Below, piece by piece: positions 38,874 to 48,725 of a DNA stretch of 64,000 nucleotides. How positions within the stretch are numbered: the stretch's first letter is position 1; each line of letters opens with the position of its first letter. The notes beneath the pieces were generated by a model. It made no database searches, was not told the DNA's origin, and saw only the letters and a list, made by a program, of their open reading frames with translations. A program made the translations under genes and the position numbers. Origin of the DNA: Flavobacterium sp. (GTDB lineage Bacteria > Bacteroidota > Bacteroidia > Flavobacteriales > Flavobacteriaceae); NCBI GenBank assembly GCA_049841115.1, contig JASGHQ010000008.1, positions 1,073-65,072 on the forward strand, given 5' to 3'.

Positions 38874-39287
38874 TTAATTTGTTTGCGCCTTTTCAGGCAT
38901 TTCGATATTTGCTTTAATTTTTATTTGTTCCATTTTGTTTTTGGTGTTGCAGATGATGGTCACCGTTTTTTCAACCTCACCGCTTTTCCCGGCCGAATTG
39001 AACGATACTTTTATCGTTCCAGACTCGCCCGATTTAATTGGAGTTTTTGGATATTCCGGGATAGTACAGCCGCAGGAGCCTTTGGCATTATCTATTACCA
39101 AATCGGTTTCGCCGGTATTGGCAAACTTAAAATTGTGGGTTACCTTATCGCCCTGGATGATCTTCCCGAAGTCAAATTCCTGTTCTTCGAATTTCATTTC
39201 AGCATGTTTCTGATTGCTGCACGAAGACAACAATAATGCTGATGCAACGAAAAGCAATGCAATTCCCTTTTTGATACTATTTTTCAT
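38874..39287 (-). CDS. DUF1573 domain lipoprotein
   Basis: FDFGKI, F.F.NTG..DLVI..AKGSCGCT.PEY...PI.SGESG.I.V.FNS. Confidence 0.9.
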   Translation of the reverse strand: MKNSIKKGIALLFVASALLLSSCSNQKHAEMKFEEQEFDFGKIIQGDKVTHNFKFANTGETDLVIDNAKGSCGCTIPEYPKTPIKSGESGTIKVSFNSAGKSGEVEKTVTIICNTKNKMEQIKIKANIEMPEKAQTN

Positions 39288-39288
39288 A

Positions 39289-40227
39289 TTACATTAAACC
39301 TCTTCCGGTTTTTTTGATTTTGTTTTCGGTTTGGAATTCCTTGATAAGGTTGTCCAGGATCCCGTTGATGAAGATGCTGCTTTTTGGGGTTGAATATTCT
39401 TTGGCAATCTCCAGGTATTCGTTAATGGTAACTTTGATTGGGATGGACGGGAATTTCAGGAACTCGCAGATGGCCATTTTCAGGATGATCGTATCGAGCT
39501 CTGCGATTCTTTCCGCATCCCAGTTTGGGGTTTTATCAATGTATTCTTTGGCTAAATCCACTTCGTTCAGCACCGTTTTTTTGAACAAAAGGCTGACAAA
39601 TTCCTGGTCTTCCTGGTCTTTGTACAATTTGGTCACCTTAAATTCATCCGCCTGCGAAATTTGCTTCAATTGCTTTGCAATCTGTGTATTCACTACCGGA
39701 ATATCATCAATAAAAGTTAGTTTGTGATCTTCCAGATAATCATACAGTTTTTCGTTTGGGGCAATGATTTCTGTAAAGATGTCAACCACAAAATCCTTGT
39801 CTTCCTGGTACGAACCTTTTCTGTTGAGCATGTACTTTTGGTACAGCTTGCTTTGCTTGATTTCGTTTAAAAGGATTAGGATATAGGTATCATCAAGTAT
39901 CCAATTGTTGATCTTTCTTTTTTCAAGGGCAATGCTCAACGAATTGCTATCCTCCAACTGCTGAAGAACCGCATTATTGACAAATTTTTTGTTTGGATTT
40001 TTTTCTTCCTGTGTCGCCAGGTGCTTTTTGCTTGATGTTTCCAGGAAAACCTCTTCCTTCTTTTTGATTTCAACCAAAGAAGACAGCATCATTAGGTACA
40101 GATCCTGAATCGCATCGATACTATGAAGCAAAAACTTTTCTTCTTTCTCAATATCATCAGAGTTTTTTTGGTGTAATGCATAAATGGATTGCATCACTTT
40201 CACTCGTATATGTCTTCTGTTTAACAC
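39289..40227 (-). CDS. nusB: Transcription antitermination factor NusB (Bacteroidota long form)
   Basis: Start taken at GTG 40227 (LNRRHIRVKVMQ); NWDAERIAELD, IPIKVTINEYLEIAKEYSTPKSSIFINGILD. Confidence 0.93.
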   Translation of the reverse strand: MLNRRHIRVKVMQSIYALHQKNSDDIEKEEKFLLHSIDAIQDLYLMMLSSLVEIKKKEEVFLETSSKKHLATQEEKNPNKKFVNNAVLQQLEDSNSLSIALEKRKINNWILDDTYILILLNEIKQSKLYQKYMLNRKGSYQEDKDFVVDIFTEIIAPNEKLYDYLEDHKLTFIDDIPVVNTQIAKQLKQISQADEFKVTKLYKDQEDQEFVSLLFKKTVLNEVDLAKEYIDKTPNWDAERIAELDTIILKMAICEFLKFPSIPIKVTINEYLEIAKEYSTPKSSIFINGILDNLIKEFQTENKIKKTGRGLM

Positions 40228-40305
40228 GGGTAAGAACTTTTTAAAAATTAACAGGGCGAAAGAATCTCTTTCGCCCTGCAAAAATAGCAAATATTTTCAA
40301 ACGGC

Positions 40306-41412
40306 TTATTTGTTAGCGTTTTCTTTTTTTCTTTCTGCGATCCTGTTTTCTGCAATTTGCATTGCTGCCTGCTGGGTCGTCATTTTGTTGTCATCTGCAA
40401 ATTTGAAGATTTCAAGCGTAGTGTTGTAAATGTTCTCAGTTCTTCTGATTGCTTCCCCATCGCTGTATTTTACCAATTCTCCGTAAACGTTGATAATTCC
40501 GCCTGCGTTGATAAGGAAATCCGGTGCATAGGCGATTCCTCTTTCCCTTAAGATCTTGCCGTGAACCGCTTCCACAGCCAACTGATTGTTGGCAGCTCCA
40601 GCTATTACTTTTGCGTTGATTTTATAAACAGTATCGTCATTGATCGTTGCTCCCAGGGCACAAGGCGAATAGATATCAACATCGGCAGCATATAAATCAG
40701 CTCCTGTAAAAATCTGCGCACCATATTTAGATACCATGTTTTCCATTTTATCCTGGTGGATATCCGAAACAAAAACGATAGCGCCTTCTTTGGTCAAGTG
40801 GCTGATCAGGGTTTCACCAACATGGCCATTCCCCTGAACCAAAACTTTCTTTCCGGCTAAATTGTCTGAACCAAACTGGTATTTAGCAGCAGCCTTCATT
40901 CCCATGTAAACGCCATAAGCCGTTACTGGCGAAGGGTTGCCCGAGCCTCCTTTTTCTACCGAAATTCCGGTTACGTGCTTGGTCACTTCGTGGATCCGGT
41001 CCATGTCTTCAGTAGTGGTACCTACGTCTTCAGCAGTAATGTATTTTCCGCTCAATGAATTTACGAATTCCCCAAAACGCGTGATCAATTCCGGAGTCTT
41101 ATCTTTTGTTGCATCACCAATGATTACCGCTTTTCCTCCACCAAGATTCAATCCTGTGATGGCCGACTTATAAGTCATCCCACGTGAAAGACGCAAAACA
41201 TCATTCAATGCCTCCCATTCATTTGCATAATTCCACATTCGCGTTCCACCAAGTGCCGGTCCCATAACTGTATTATGGATTCCGATTATTGCTTTTAATC
41301 CTGTATCTTTGTCATTACAAAAAACAATTTGTTCGTGGTTGTCAAATGATAACTGACCAAAAACAGGATCCATTTTTTTAAGCTCTGCCGGTGTAGTGAT
41401 TTCTGATGTCAT
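40306..41412 (-). CDS. Glu/Leu/Phe/Val dehydrogenase (leucine dehydrogenase-like)
   Basis: GPALGGTR, LSRGMTYK, GGGKAVI, TAEDVGT, PCALG, AGAANNQL, PDFLINAGG. Confidence 0.95.
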   Translation of the reverse strand: MTSEITTPAELKKMDPVFGQLSFDNHEQIVFCNDKDTGLKAIIGIHNTVMGPALGGTRMWNYANEWEALNDVLRLSRGMTYKSAITGLNLGGGKAVIIGDATKDKTPELITRFGEFVNSLSGKYITAEDVGTTTEDMDRIHEVTKHVTGISVEKGGSGNPSPVTAYGVYMGMKAAAKYQFGSDNLAGKKVLVQGNGHVGETLISHLTKEGAIVFVSDIHQDKMENMVSKYGAQIFTGADLYAADVDIYSPCALGATINDDTVYKINAKVIAGAANNQLAVEAVHGKILRERGIAYAPDFLINAGGIINVYGELVKYSDGEAIRRTENIYNTTLEIFKFADDNKMTTQQAAMQIAENRIAERKKENANK

Positions 41413-41606
41413 AATTGTAAAAAATTAATTAAAGCTTTTTAAAAAAGCCCTACAAAATTAAAACTTTATTCAACAAAATTCACTTAAATCAGGAATAATC
41501 GATGATTTGTTAATAAAATCCATTTTTACCAAGAATACAATAATTTAATAATATCTACAGATTTTAACATAAATGAAGTTATAAACCCCAATTCTGATAA
41601 TTTTCA

Positions 41607-43364
41607 ATGAAAGAACTTCAATATTTAAACAAATACTTTATAAAATACAAATTCCATTTTTTATTAGGAATAATCATCACAATTGTGGCCCAGGTTTTTT
41701 TCGTTTACACCGCAAAGCTGGTCAGCAAATCTTTTAAGGATGTGGATCTGTTCCTAAAAAAAGGCGCGAGCTATGAAAGCGTAAAACACGAGCTGATCGA
41801 AAACATCCTGTGGATTCTTGCCGTAGCTGTTATCGCAGGGATTTTAACCTTTTTGATGCGGCAAACATTAATTGTAATGTCGCGCCACGTAGAATACGAT
41901 TTGAAGAATGAGGTATTCCGGCATTACGAAATCCTCGATCAGAATTTTTACAAGCGCAACCGTACCGGCGATTTGATGAACCGCATCAGCGAAGATGTCG
42001 GGAAAGTCCGCCAGTATGTTGGCCCGGCTGTAATGTACACCATCAATACCGGCATACGCTTTACGGTTGTAATCATATATATGTATAATGTTTCGCCAAA
42101 ACTGACTTTATACACCGTGCTGCCCCTGCCCTTTCTGGCTTATATCATTTTTAGGCTGAGCAATGAAATCAATAAACGCAGTGCCGCTTTCCAAAGGTAT
42201 TTGTCAACTGTTTTTAGTTTTACGCAGGAAGTTTTCTCCGGAATCCGCGTTGTAAAAGCCTATTCGTTGGAAAAACAATACCAAAAAAATTATGACGAAA
42301 TCGCGCAGGAGAGCAAAGTCAAAAGCATGAGCCTTGCCAAAACCCAGTCGTTTTTCGGGCCATTGATGATTGGATTGATCGGCATAAGCAACCTTATCGT
42401 CATTTATTTTGGCGGGATGATGTACATCGACGGAACAGTAAAAGACATCGGGACGCTGCCCGAATTCATCATGTATGTCAACATGCTTACATTTCCCGTC
42501 GCAACCATCGGCTGGGTCTCATCATTGGTGCAGGAAGCTGAAGCTTCGCAGAAAAGGATCAATGAATTCCTAAAAATCCAACCTGAAATCAAAAACAATG
42601 CAACAGAAAACACCGCCATTGAAGGCGCCATCGAATTCTGCAATGTGTCATTCACTTACGAAGATACCGGAATCGTGGCCCTGAAAAACATTTCATTTAA
42701 GGTAAATAAAGGCGAAACGCTTGCCATCCTGGGCAAAACCGGGTCGGGGAAATCGAGCATATTATCACTGATTACAAGATTGTACGACATCAACGAAGGA
42801 ACGATCACCATCGACGGCAAAAAAATCAGTCAGGTGAACCTATACGACCTGCGTAACAGCATTGGGATTGTGCCGCAGGATGCATTTCTTTTTTCAGATT
42901 CGATCAAAAACAACATCAAATTCGGAAAAGAAAACGCCACCGACGAAGAAGTAATGGATGCTGCAAAAAAAGCAGTCGTGCACAGCAATATTATGGACTT
43001 CAGCAAACAATACGAAACCATTTTGGGCGAGCGTGGAATCACCCTGTCGGGCGGACAGAAGCAACGCGTTTCTATTGCCAGGGCCATAATAAAAGACCCG
43101 CAGATATTGCTCCTGGATGACTGCTTATCGGCCGTTGATACGGAAACGGAAGAACAGATCCTGAACAACCTGCAGCAAGTAACAAAAAACAAAACAACCA
43201 TTATCGTAAGCCACAGGGTATCGTCTGCCAAAAACGCAGACCGCATCATTATTTTGGAAGAAGGTCAAATTATCCAAGAAGGTTCTCATAATCAATTGGT
43301 AAACCAACAGGGTTATTATTCTGAATTATATACGAAACAACTTTCGGAAAAAGAATTAGGTTAA
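41607..43364 (+). CDS. ABC transporter fused permease/ATPase (MsbA/MdlA-like exporter)
   Basis: TM domain then GKTGSGKS, LSGGQKQR, LLLDD. Confidence 0.93.
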   Translation: MKELQYLNKYFIKYKFHFLLGIIITIVAQVFFVYTAKLVSKSFKDVDLFLKKGASYESVKHELIENILWILAVAVIAGILTFLMRQTLIVMSRHVEYDLKNEVFRHYEILDQNFYKRNRTGDLMNRISEDVGKVRQYVGPAVMYTINTGIRFTVVIIYMYNVSPKLTLYTVLPLPFLAYIIFRLSNEINKRSAAFQRYLSTVFSFTQEVFSGIRVVKAYSLEKQYQKNYDEIAQESKVKSMSLAKTQSFFGPLMIGLIGISNLIVIYFGGMMYIDGTVKDIGTLPEFIMYVNMLTFPVATIGWVSSLVQEAEASQKRINEFLKIQPEIKNNATENTAIEGAIEFCNVSFTYEDTGIVALKNISFKVNKGETLAILGKTGSGKSSILSLITRLYDINEGTITIDGKKISQVNLYDLRNSIGIVPQDAFLFSDSIKNNIKFGKENATDEEVMDAAKKAVVHSNIMDFSKQYETILGERGITLSGGQKQRVSIARAIIKDPQILLLDDCLSAVDTETEEQILNNLQQVTKNKTTIIVSHRVSSAKNADRIIILEEGQIIQEGSHNQLVNQQGYYSELYTKQLSEKELG

Positions 43365-43434
43365 ATGTTGTTTCGTAACAAAAAAATTACCATTTTTGAA
43401 CTGTTTAGAAACACTACTAATTGATTGAAAGAAT

Positions 43435-43812
43435 ATGAGAGAAAACGACATGTTAGAAAAAGATGAAATTTTTTCTAAAGTTTTAAGAGCAGGAAGAAGA
43501 ACCTATTTCTTCGATGTTAGAGCTACAAAAGCTGATGATTACTACATAACCATTACAGAAAGTAAAAAATTTACCGAAGAAGATGGTTCCTTTCACTTCA
43601 AAAAACATAAGATTTATCTGTACAAGGAAGACTTTGCAGCATTTACCGAAATTTTAGAGGAAATGACCGCGTATGTCCTAAATAACAAAGGTGAAGAGGT
43701 AATCTCGGAAAGACACCAAAAAGACTTCAAAAGAGAATACCAGCAGGAAACCGTATCAGAGGAAAAATCAACTGAAAAGAGTTTCACAGATATCGATTTT
43801 GACGATATTTAA
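43435..43812 (+). CDS. PUR-family (DUF3276) ssDNA/RNA-binding protein
   Basis: FSKVLRAGRRTYFFDV, YITITESKK, KHKIYLYKEDF. Confidence 0.9.
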   Translation: MRENDMLEKDEIFSKVLRAGRRTYFFDVRATKADDYYITITESKKFTEEDGSFHFKKHKIYLYKEDFAAFTEILEEMTAYVLNNKGEEVISERHQKDFKREYQQETVSEEKSTEKSFTDIDFDDI

Positions 43813-43824
43813 TCCGAAAAACAT

Positions 43825-43854
43825 AACGCCCAAAATTAACTTTTGGGCGTTTTT
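43825..43854 (+). terminator. Rho-independent terminator
   Basis: AACGCCCAAAA-ttaac-TTTTGGGCGTT plus T run. Confidence 0.75.
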
Positions 43855-43866
43855 ATTAAATACAAT

Positions 43867-44082
43867 ATGCAAAAAATCATAGGGTTCCTGAACCGTCATA
43901 GCATCATCATCAACTCTGTTTCGATAGTTTTCTGGCTCTACATCATTTACAGCTATTACCGGGCAAGCACCGCAACAAATTCATCCGAAGGGAATCAGTA
44001 TTTTTACATAATCCCGGTTTTCTTTATTGTTTTATCAGTCTTTAACATGGTAATGTTCCTCAAAAGAAAAGACAAGCCTTAG
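43867..44082 (+). CDS. Small two-TM membrane protein
   Basis: Start taken at ATG 43867; two hydrophobic segments. Confidence 0.55.
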   Translation: MQKIIGFLNRHSIIINSVSIVFWLYIIYSYYRASTATNSSEGNQYFYIIPVFFIVLSVFNMVMFLKRKDKP

Positions 44083-44420
44083 CCGATCCGAAGGCCGTTT
44101 TCTACTTTCATATCCGAAGACAGCAGCACAATATCGGTATCATTCCCCACAGAGCCAAGCACCAGGCATTCGCTCATGAAATTCCCGATCTGTTTTCTGG
44201 GAAAATTGACCACAGCTACAACCTGCTTCCCAATTAAATCTTCTTTTGAATAGCGTTTTGTGATTTGTGCCGATGATTTCCTGATTCCAACTTCATTGCC
44301 AAAATCGATCCGTAATTGAAACGCAGGTTTTCGCGCTTCGGGAAAATCATTGGCTTCCAAAATTGTCCCGATACGCATTTCTACTTTTTCAAATTCAGCC
44401 CAGCTAAGTGTTTGTTCCAT
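44079..44420 (-). CDS. csaA: tRNA-binding / export chaperone CsaA-family protein
   Basis: VEMRIGTI, ARKPAF.LRIDFG, SSAQIT, VNFPRKQIG.FMSECLVLG; start taken at ATG 44420. Confidence 0.88.
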   Translation of the reverse strand: MEQTLSWAEFEKVEMRIGTILEANDFPEARKPAFQLRIDFGNEVGIRKSSAQITKRYSKEDLIGKQVVAVVNFPRKQIGNFMSECLVLGSVGNDTDIVLLSSDMKVENGLRIG

Positions 44421-44462
44421 AATTCTGTTTGGCATAAAAAAATCCCGCTACCGGGATTTCTA

Positions 44463-44813
44463 TTATTTCATTGTAATGTAGTTGTAGATTTTTTGCTCCT
44501 GAATTGCATCCAGGTGTGATTTCTTTGCCATGCGCTTCACAATCGGAGCCCATTCTTCTGCCGTAAATTCGTTAGACTTGTACAATCTGTGGCATTTGGC
44601 ACAATTATTATCATATAATTCCTTTCCTTCTGCCAGTTCAGGTGTCATTACTGTAGCAGCAACAGGTGCCGTTACGACAGCCGAAGCAGGCTTGGATCCA
44701 TCAGCTGCCGGAGCCGGACGGGTTTCGTTAGCAGCAACCGGAGCATTTGATTTTGAGGCACACGAATAAATAACGGTAGCTAATACAGCCAGGGAAAGCA
44801 TTTTTAATTTCAT
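44463..44813 (-). CDS. Small monoheme c-type cytochrome lipoprotein
   Basis: Lipobox IYSC; Ala/Pro linker; GKELYDNNCAKCH. Confidence 0.85.
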   Translation of the reverse strand: MKLKMLSLAVLATVIYSCASKSNAPVAANETRPAPAADGSKPASAVVTAPVAATVMTPELAEGKELYDNNCAKCHRLYKSNEFTAEEWAPIVKRMAKKSHLDAIQEQKIYNYITMK

Positions 44814-44901
44814 GGTATTTTTGTTGGTTAGAAGGTAAATGTATAAAAAAATCCCAACTGCAAAGAGCCGGGATTTTAATTTTAACTAAATCTTAAATAA
44901 T

Positions 44902-45834
44902 TTACTTAACATCCATCAATTCTACGTCGAAAACCAAGGTAGCATTTGGCGGGATAACACCACCGGCACCATTCGAGCCATAGCCTAAGTACGATGGAAT
45001 GACAAAACGCGCTTTGTCTCCAACCTGCAGCAAAGCAATGCCTTCATCCCAGCCCTCAATTACGTGGCCTTTGCCCAATGGGAATTCGATTGGTTTTTTC
45101 CTTGGATATGATGAATCAAATGTTTTTCCGTTTTCCAGTTGCCCTGTATAGTGAACCGAAACCGTTTTTCCGGCTTCCGCTTTTTTACCGTTGCCTTTCT
45201 GGATGATTTTGTAACGCAGGCCGCTTTCGGTCTTATCAAAACCCGCAGCCAGTTTTTCCATTGCAGCTTCTGCTTCTTTTTTGGCATCCTCAATCCTTTT
45301 CAGGCGTGATCCTTCAAAAGTCCGGAATGCCTCGATAGCATTCCATTTCTGAGCCTCATCCCCTTCCCTGATGATTTCGATACTTTCGATCAAATCACCC
45401 TGGCTGATCGAATCAACAATATCCTGACCTTCCACAACGCGGCCAAAAACAGTATGTTTCCCGTCCAGCCAATTGGTTGGGACATGTGTGATAAAGAACT
45501 GCGAACCGTTCGTCCCAGGCCCAGCATTTGCCATAGAAAGCACTCCCGGTTTGTCGTGTTTCAAACTTGGATGGAATTCATCGTCAAAGTTATAACCCGG
45601 GCCACCCGAACCAATTCCCTGTGGGCAACCGCCCTGAATCATAAAATCGGGGATTACGCGGTGGAATTTCAATCCGTTGTAATATGGTGTTCCCATCGGT
45701 TTTGCCGAGTTCTCCAACTGCCCTTCTGCCAATCCTACAAAGTTACCAACAGTTCCTGGAGTCAAATCATGTGTAAGCTTTACTAAAACCGAACCTTTTG
45801 AAGTGTTGAATTTAGCATATATTCCGTTTTCCAT
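44902..45834 (-). CDS. Peptidyl-prolyl isomerase, cyclophilin-FKBP fusion
   Basis: Cyclophilin motifs [37 protein letters not shown] followed by FKBP motifs [30 protein letters not shown]. Confidence 0.95.
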   Translation of the reverse strand: MENGIYAKFNTSKGSVLVKLTHDLTPGTVGNFVGLAEGQLENSAKPMGTPYYNGLKFHRVIPDFMIQGGCPQGIGSGGPGYNFDDEFHPSLKHDKPGVLSMANAGPGTNGSQFFITHVPTNWLDGKHTVFGRVVEGQDIVDSISQGDLIESIEIIREGDEAQKWNAIEAFRTFEGSRLKRIEDAKKEAEAAMEKLAAGFDKTESGLRYKIIQKGNGKKAEAGKTVSVHYTGQLENGKTFDSSYPRKKPIEFPLGKGHVIEGWDEGIALLQVGDKARFVIPSYLGYGSNGAGGVIPPNATLVFDVELMDVK

Positions 45835-45916
45835 GGTGTGAATTTTTAATTTTGTCGTGCAAAGGTACGTTTAAAATTGTAATTTTGGATACCGATAAAA
45901 GCAATAAATCCGCAAA

Positions 45917-46378
45917 ATGCAACCAAGGGTAATTCCGTATAAATCCGAGTACCGGAAACACTTCATTTCCTTAAACCGCGCCTGGCTTGAGGAATATTTT
46001 TATGTAGAGCAGCACGATATCGATGCATTTGAAAAACTGGAAGAAATAATCCTGAATCCCGGCGGCGAAATTTTCTTTTGCCTTATTGGCGATGAAGTAG
46101 CCGGAACCGTTGCGATGCAGAAAGTGGACAACGGCACTTTTGAACTTGCGAAATTAGCGGTAGATAAAAAATTCCAGGGTAAAAAACTAAGCAACCTGCT
46201 GATGGATGCGTGCATTGATTTTGCCAGAGAAAAGAAAGCACAGAAAATCATGCTGGTATCGAGCACTAAACTGGATACGGCATTAAATTTATACCGAAAA
46301 TACAATTTCACTGAAGTTCCGCTCGACGAAACCGATTACGACCGCGCCGACATCCAGATGGAACTGGAATTATTCTAA
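45917..46378 (+). CDS. GNAT-family N-acetyltransferase
   Basis: FELAKLAV...FQGKKLS, L.TALNLYRKYNF. Confidence 0.88.
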   Translation: MQPRVIPYKSEYRKHFISLNRAWLEEYFYVEQHDIDAFEKLEEIILNPGGEIFFCLIGDEVAGTVAMQKVDNGTFELAKLAVDKKFQGKKLSNLLMDACIDFAREKKAQKIMLVSSTKLDTALNLYRKYNFTEVPLDETDYDRADIQMELELF

Positions 46379-46408
46379 ATTTAGCATTCAAAATTCAAAA
46401 CAACAAAC

Positions 46409-46858
46409 ATGAGCTCAATTTACAGCAAAACCGACAACGACATCGTCATTTCAAGAATCAACCAGCTTACACCCGAAAGCAAAGCGCTTTGGGGAAAAAT
46501 GAGCGTTGACCAGATGCTTTCGCATTGCCAGGCACCCATAGATTTTGCATTTGGAAACACACCAATGAAAGTCAACCCAATGATGAGGCTGCTGGGGAAA
46601 ATGCTGAAAGGAAAAATATTCAATTCAACCGAATTCAAGAAAAACAGCCCAACAGCGCCTTCTTTCATAAGAACCGGAACCTATGATTTTGAAGAAACCA
46701 AAAACGGGCTTATCGAAAGGATCAACCGTTTCTCCGAATTAGGCCAGCTGGCAATCAAAACCACGAAACATCCTTTCTTTGGAGAGCTGACCTATGATGA
46801 ATGGAGCAAGATGCACACGATGCATTTGAACCACCACCTGAAACAATTTGGAGTCTGA
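46409..46858 (+). CDS. DUF1569 (DinB-like) protein
   Basis: LWGKMSVDQMLSHC, HPFFGELTYDEW, HLNHHLKQFGV. Confidence 0.88.
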   Translation: MSSIYSKTDNDIVISRINQLTPESKALWGKMSVDQMLSHCQAPIDFAFGNTPMKVNPMMRLLGKMLKGKIFNSTEFKKNSPTAPSFIRTGTYDFEETKNGLIERINRFSELGQLAIKTTKHPFFGELTYDEWSKMHTMHLNHHLKQFGV

Positions 46859-46859
46859 A

Positions 46860-47660
46860 ATGGAAAATCAAAACAATTACATAGAACAGAATAAAAAGAC
46901 ATGGAACAACAAGGTAGATGTCCACATTGCTTCGGATTTCTACGAAAACGACCAATTCCTGAATGGTAAATCCACTTTAAATGACATCGAATTGGAATTG
47001 CTGGGTGATGTTTCCGGAAAAAAGGTTTTGCACCTTCAGTGCCATTTTGGGCAGGACACGATTTCTTTTGCAAGGCTTGGTGCCAAAGCTACCGGAATTG
47101 ATTTATCGGACAAGGCCATTGAAAGAGCCAAAAGGTTTAATACCCAGCTTGGATTGGATGCAAGCTTTATCTGTTGTGATGTTTATGATGCTCCGAACCA
47201 CCTTGATGAAAAATTCGACATTGTCTTTACCAGCTACGGAACCATTGGCTGGCTTCCTGATTTAGATAAATGGGCCAATGTGGTTTCGCATTTTTTAAAA
47301 CCAAATGGAAAATTCATCATGGCCGATTTCCATCCTGTTGTCTGGATGTATGACAATGATTTCAGGGAAGTGTTTTACAATTATTTCAACACCGGAGCGA
47401 TTTTTGAAGAAAACACGGGGACTTATGCCGATAAAGACGCTGAAATTGAGGAGAAAACCATTTCGTGGAACCATCCTGTTTCCGAAATCCTGAATGCGCT
47501 TATCCGGTCGGGGTTGGAAATCAATGCTTTCAACGAATACGACTATTCTCCTTATAATTGCTTCAATCAAACCGAAGAATTTGAGAAGGGAAAATTCAGG
47601 ATCAGGCATTTTGGGAATAAGATCCCGATGGTGTATTCGATTTTGGCAACCAAAAAATAA
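46860..47660 (+). CDS. Class I SAM-dependent methyltransferase
   Basis: VLHLQCHFGQDT, GIDLS, FDIVFTSYGTIGWLPDL; start taken at ATG 46860. Confidence 0.9.
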   Translation: MENQNNYIEQNKKTWNNKVDVHIASDFYENDQFLNGKSTLNDIELELLGDVSGKKVLHLQCHFGQDTISFARLGAKATGIDLSDKAIERAKRFNTQLGLDASFICCDVYDAPNHLDEKFDIVFTSYGTIGWLPDLDKWANVVSHFLKPNGKFIMADFHPVVWMYDNDFREVFYNYFNTGAIFEENTGTYADKDAEIEEKTISWNHPVSEILNALIRSGLEINAFNEYDYSPYNCFNQTEEFEKGKFRIRHFGNKIPMVYSILATKK

Positions 47661-47685
47661 TGCCCGGACACTGCAACGGTTCCTA

Positions 47686-47753
47686 GCCCGGATAGCAATG
47701 AAAATCCTTTTCTTTTTTTCTTTAAAAAAGAAAAGATTGTAATGGATAGCCGG
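47686..47753. repeat. Palindromic intergenic repeat element (REP-like)
   Basis: GCCCGGATAGC...AATCCTTTTCTTTTTT / AAAAAAGAAAAGATT...GGATAGCCGG; internal hairpin plus a duplicated GGATAGC. Confidence 0.5.
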
Positions 47754-47849
47754 ACTCGAGCTTCTTAAAAAGAAGTGAACAGGCGAAGCAAACAGCTCCT
47801 CACGAGCAAAGCGGCTGCCGAAGGAAAAAAAACTTACTATATTTGCAGC

Positions 47850-48527
47850 ATGCGAATAGATATCATTACGATTTTACCCGAATTGATGAAAAGCCCTTTC
47901 GAAGCTTCGATTATGAAGCGTGCCATCGAAAAAGGATTGGTGGAAGTCCATTTCCATAATCTGCGGGATTATACGACCAACAAACAAAAAAGCGTAGATG
48001 ATTACCAGTTTGGCGGCGGCGCTGGAATGGTAATGATGATTCAGCCTATTGACGACTGCATTACACACCTGAAAAGCCAGCGCCATTACGACGAAGTCAT
48101 CTACATGTCTCCTGATGGGGAAACGCTTGACCAGAAAATGGCCAACAGGGCTTCATCATATGAAAACATCATTATCCTTTGCGGGCATTATAAAGGCGTT
48201 GACCAGCGTGTGCGCGATCATTTTATTACCAAAGAGATTTCTATAGGAGATTATGTTTTGAGCGGTGGCGAAATTGGTGCGATCGTATTTTGCGATGCCA
48301 TCATCCGGCTGATTCCGGGGGTTTTATCCGATGAAACCTCTGCACTGACCGACAGTTTCCAGGACAACTTATTATCAGGGCCAATTTATACGCGCCCAGC
48401 AGAGTATAAAGGCTGGAAAGTGCCTGATGTACTGACCAGCGGGCATTTTGCCAAAATTGAAAAATGGCGCGAGGACATGGCGTTTGAACATACTAAAAAC
48501 AGGCGCCCGGACTTGCTTGATGAGTAG
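47850..48527 (+). CDS. trmD: tRNA (guanine(37)-N1)-methyltransferase
   Basis: [46 protein letters not shown]; start ATG 47850. Confidence 0.97.
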   Translation: MRIDIITILPELMKSPFEASIMKRAIEKGLVEVHFHNLRDYTTNKQKSVDDYQFGGGAGMVMMIQPIDDCITHLKSQRHYDEVIYMSPDGETLDQKMANRASSYENIIILCGHYKGVDQRVRDHFITKEISIGDYVLSGGEIGAIVFCDAIIRLIPGVLSDETSALTDSFQDNLLSGPIYTRPAEYKGWKVPDVLTSGHFAKIEKWREDMAFEHTKNRRPDLLDE

Positions 48528-48545
48528 TTTCCTATTCTAAATTAG

Positions 48546-48633
48546 GAATTATAAATTATAAATTGAGCTTAATGACCTGGAATTAAATTGCTTATGCAAA
48601 TTAAAATAATTCATAATTTATAATTTATAATTC
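48546..48633. repeat. AT-rich heptamer-based inverted repeat
   Basis: GAATTATAAATTATAAATT (48546-48564) is the exact reverse complement of 48615-48633. Confidence 0.7.
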
Positions 48634-48659
48634 AAAATAATTCTATAAATTTGCCCCCA

Positions 48660-48700
48660 CTTTGACCAACCTCTGGCGAGAACCGTGAATGTTGCTCAGA
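48660..48700 (+). ncRNA. Candidate L19 ribosomal-protein leader RNA (L19-Flavobacteria-type)
   Basis: Structured leader CCAACCTCTGGCGAGAACCGTGAATGTTG between a TAAATTTG promoter element (48646-48653) and rplS; family match recalled, not searched. Confidence 0.55.
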
Positions 48701-48725
48701 TTTAAAACCATAATAATCAGAAAAA

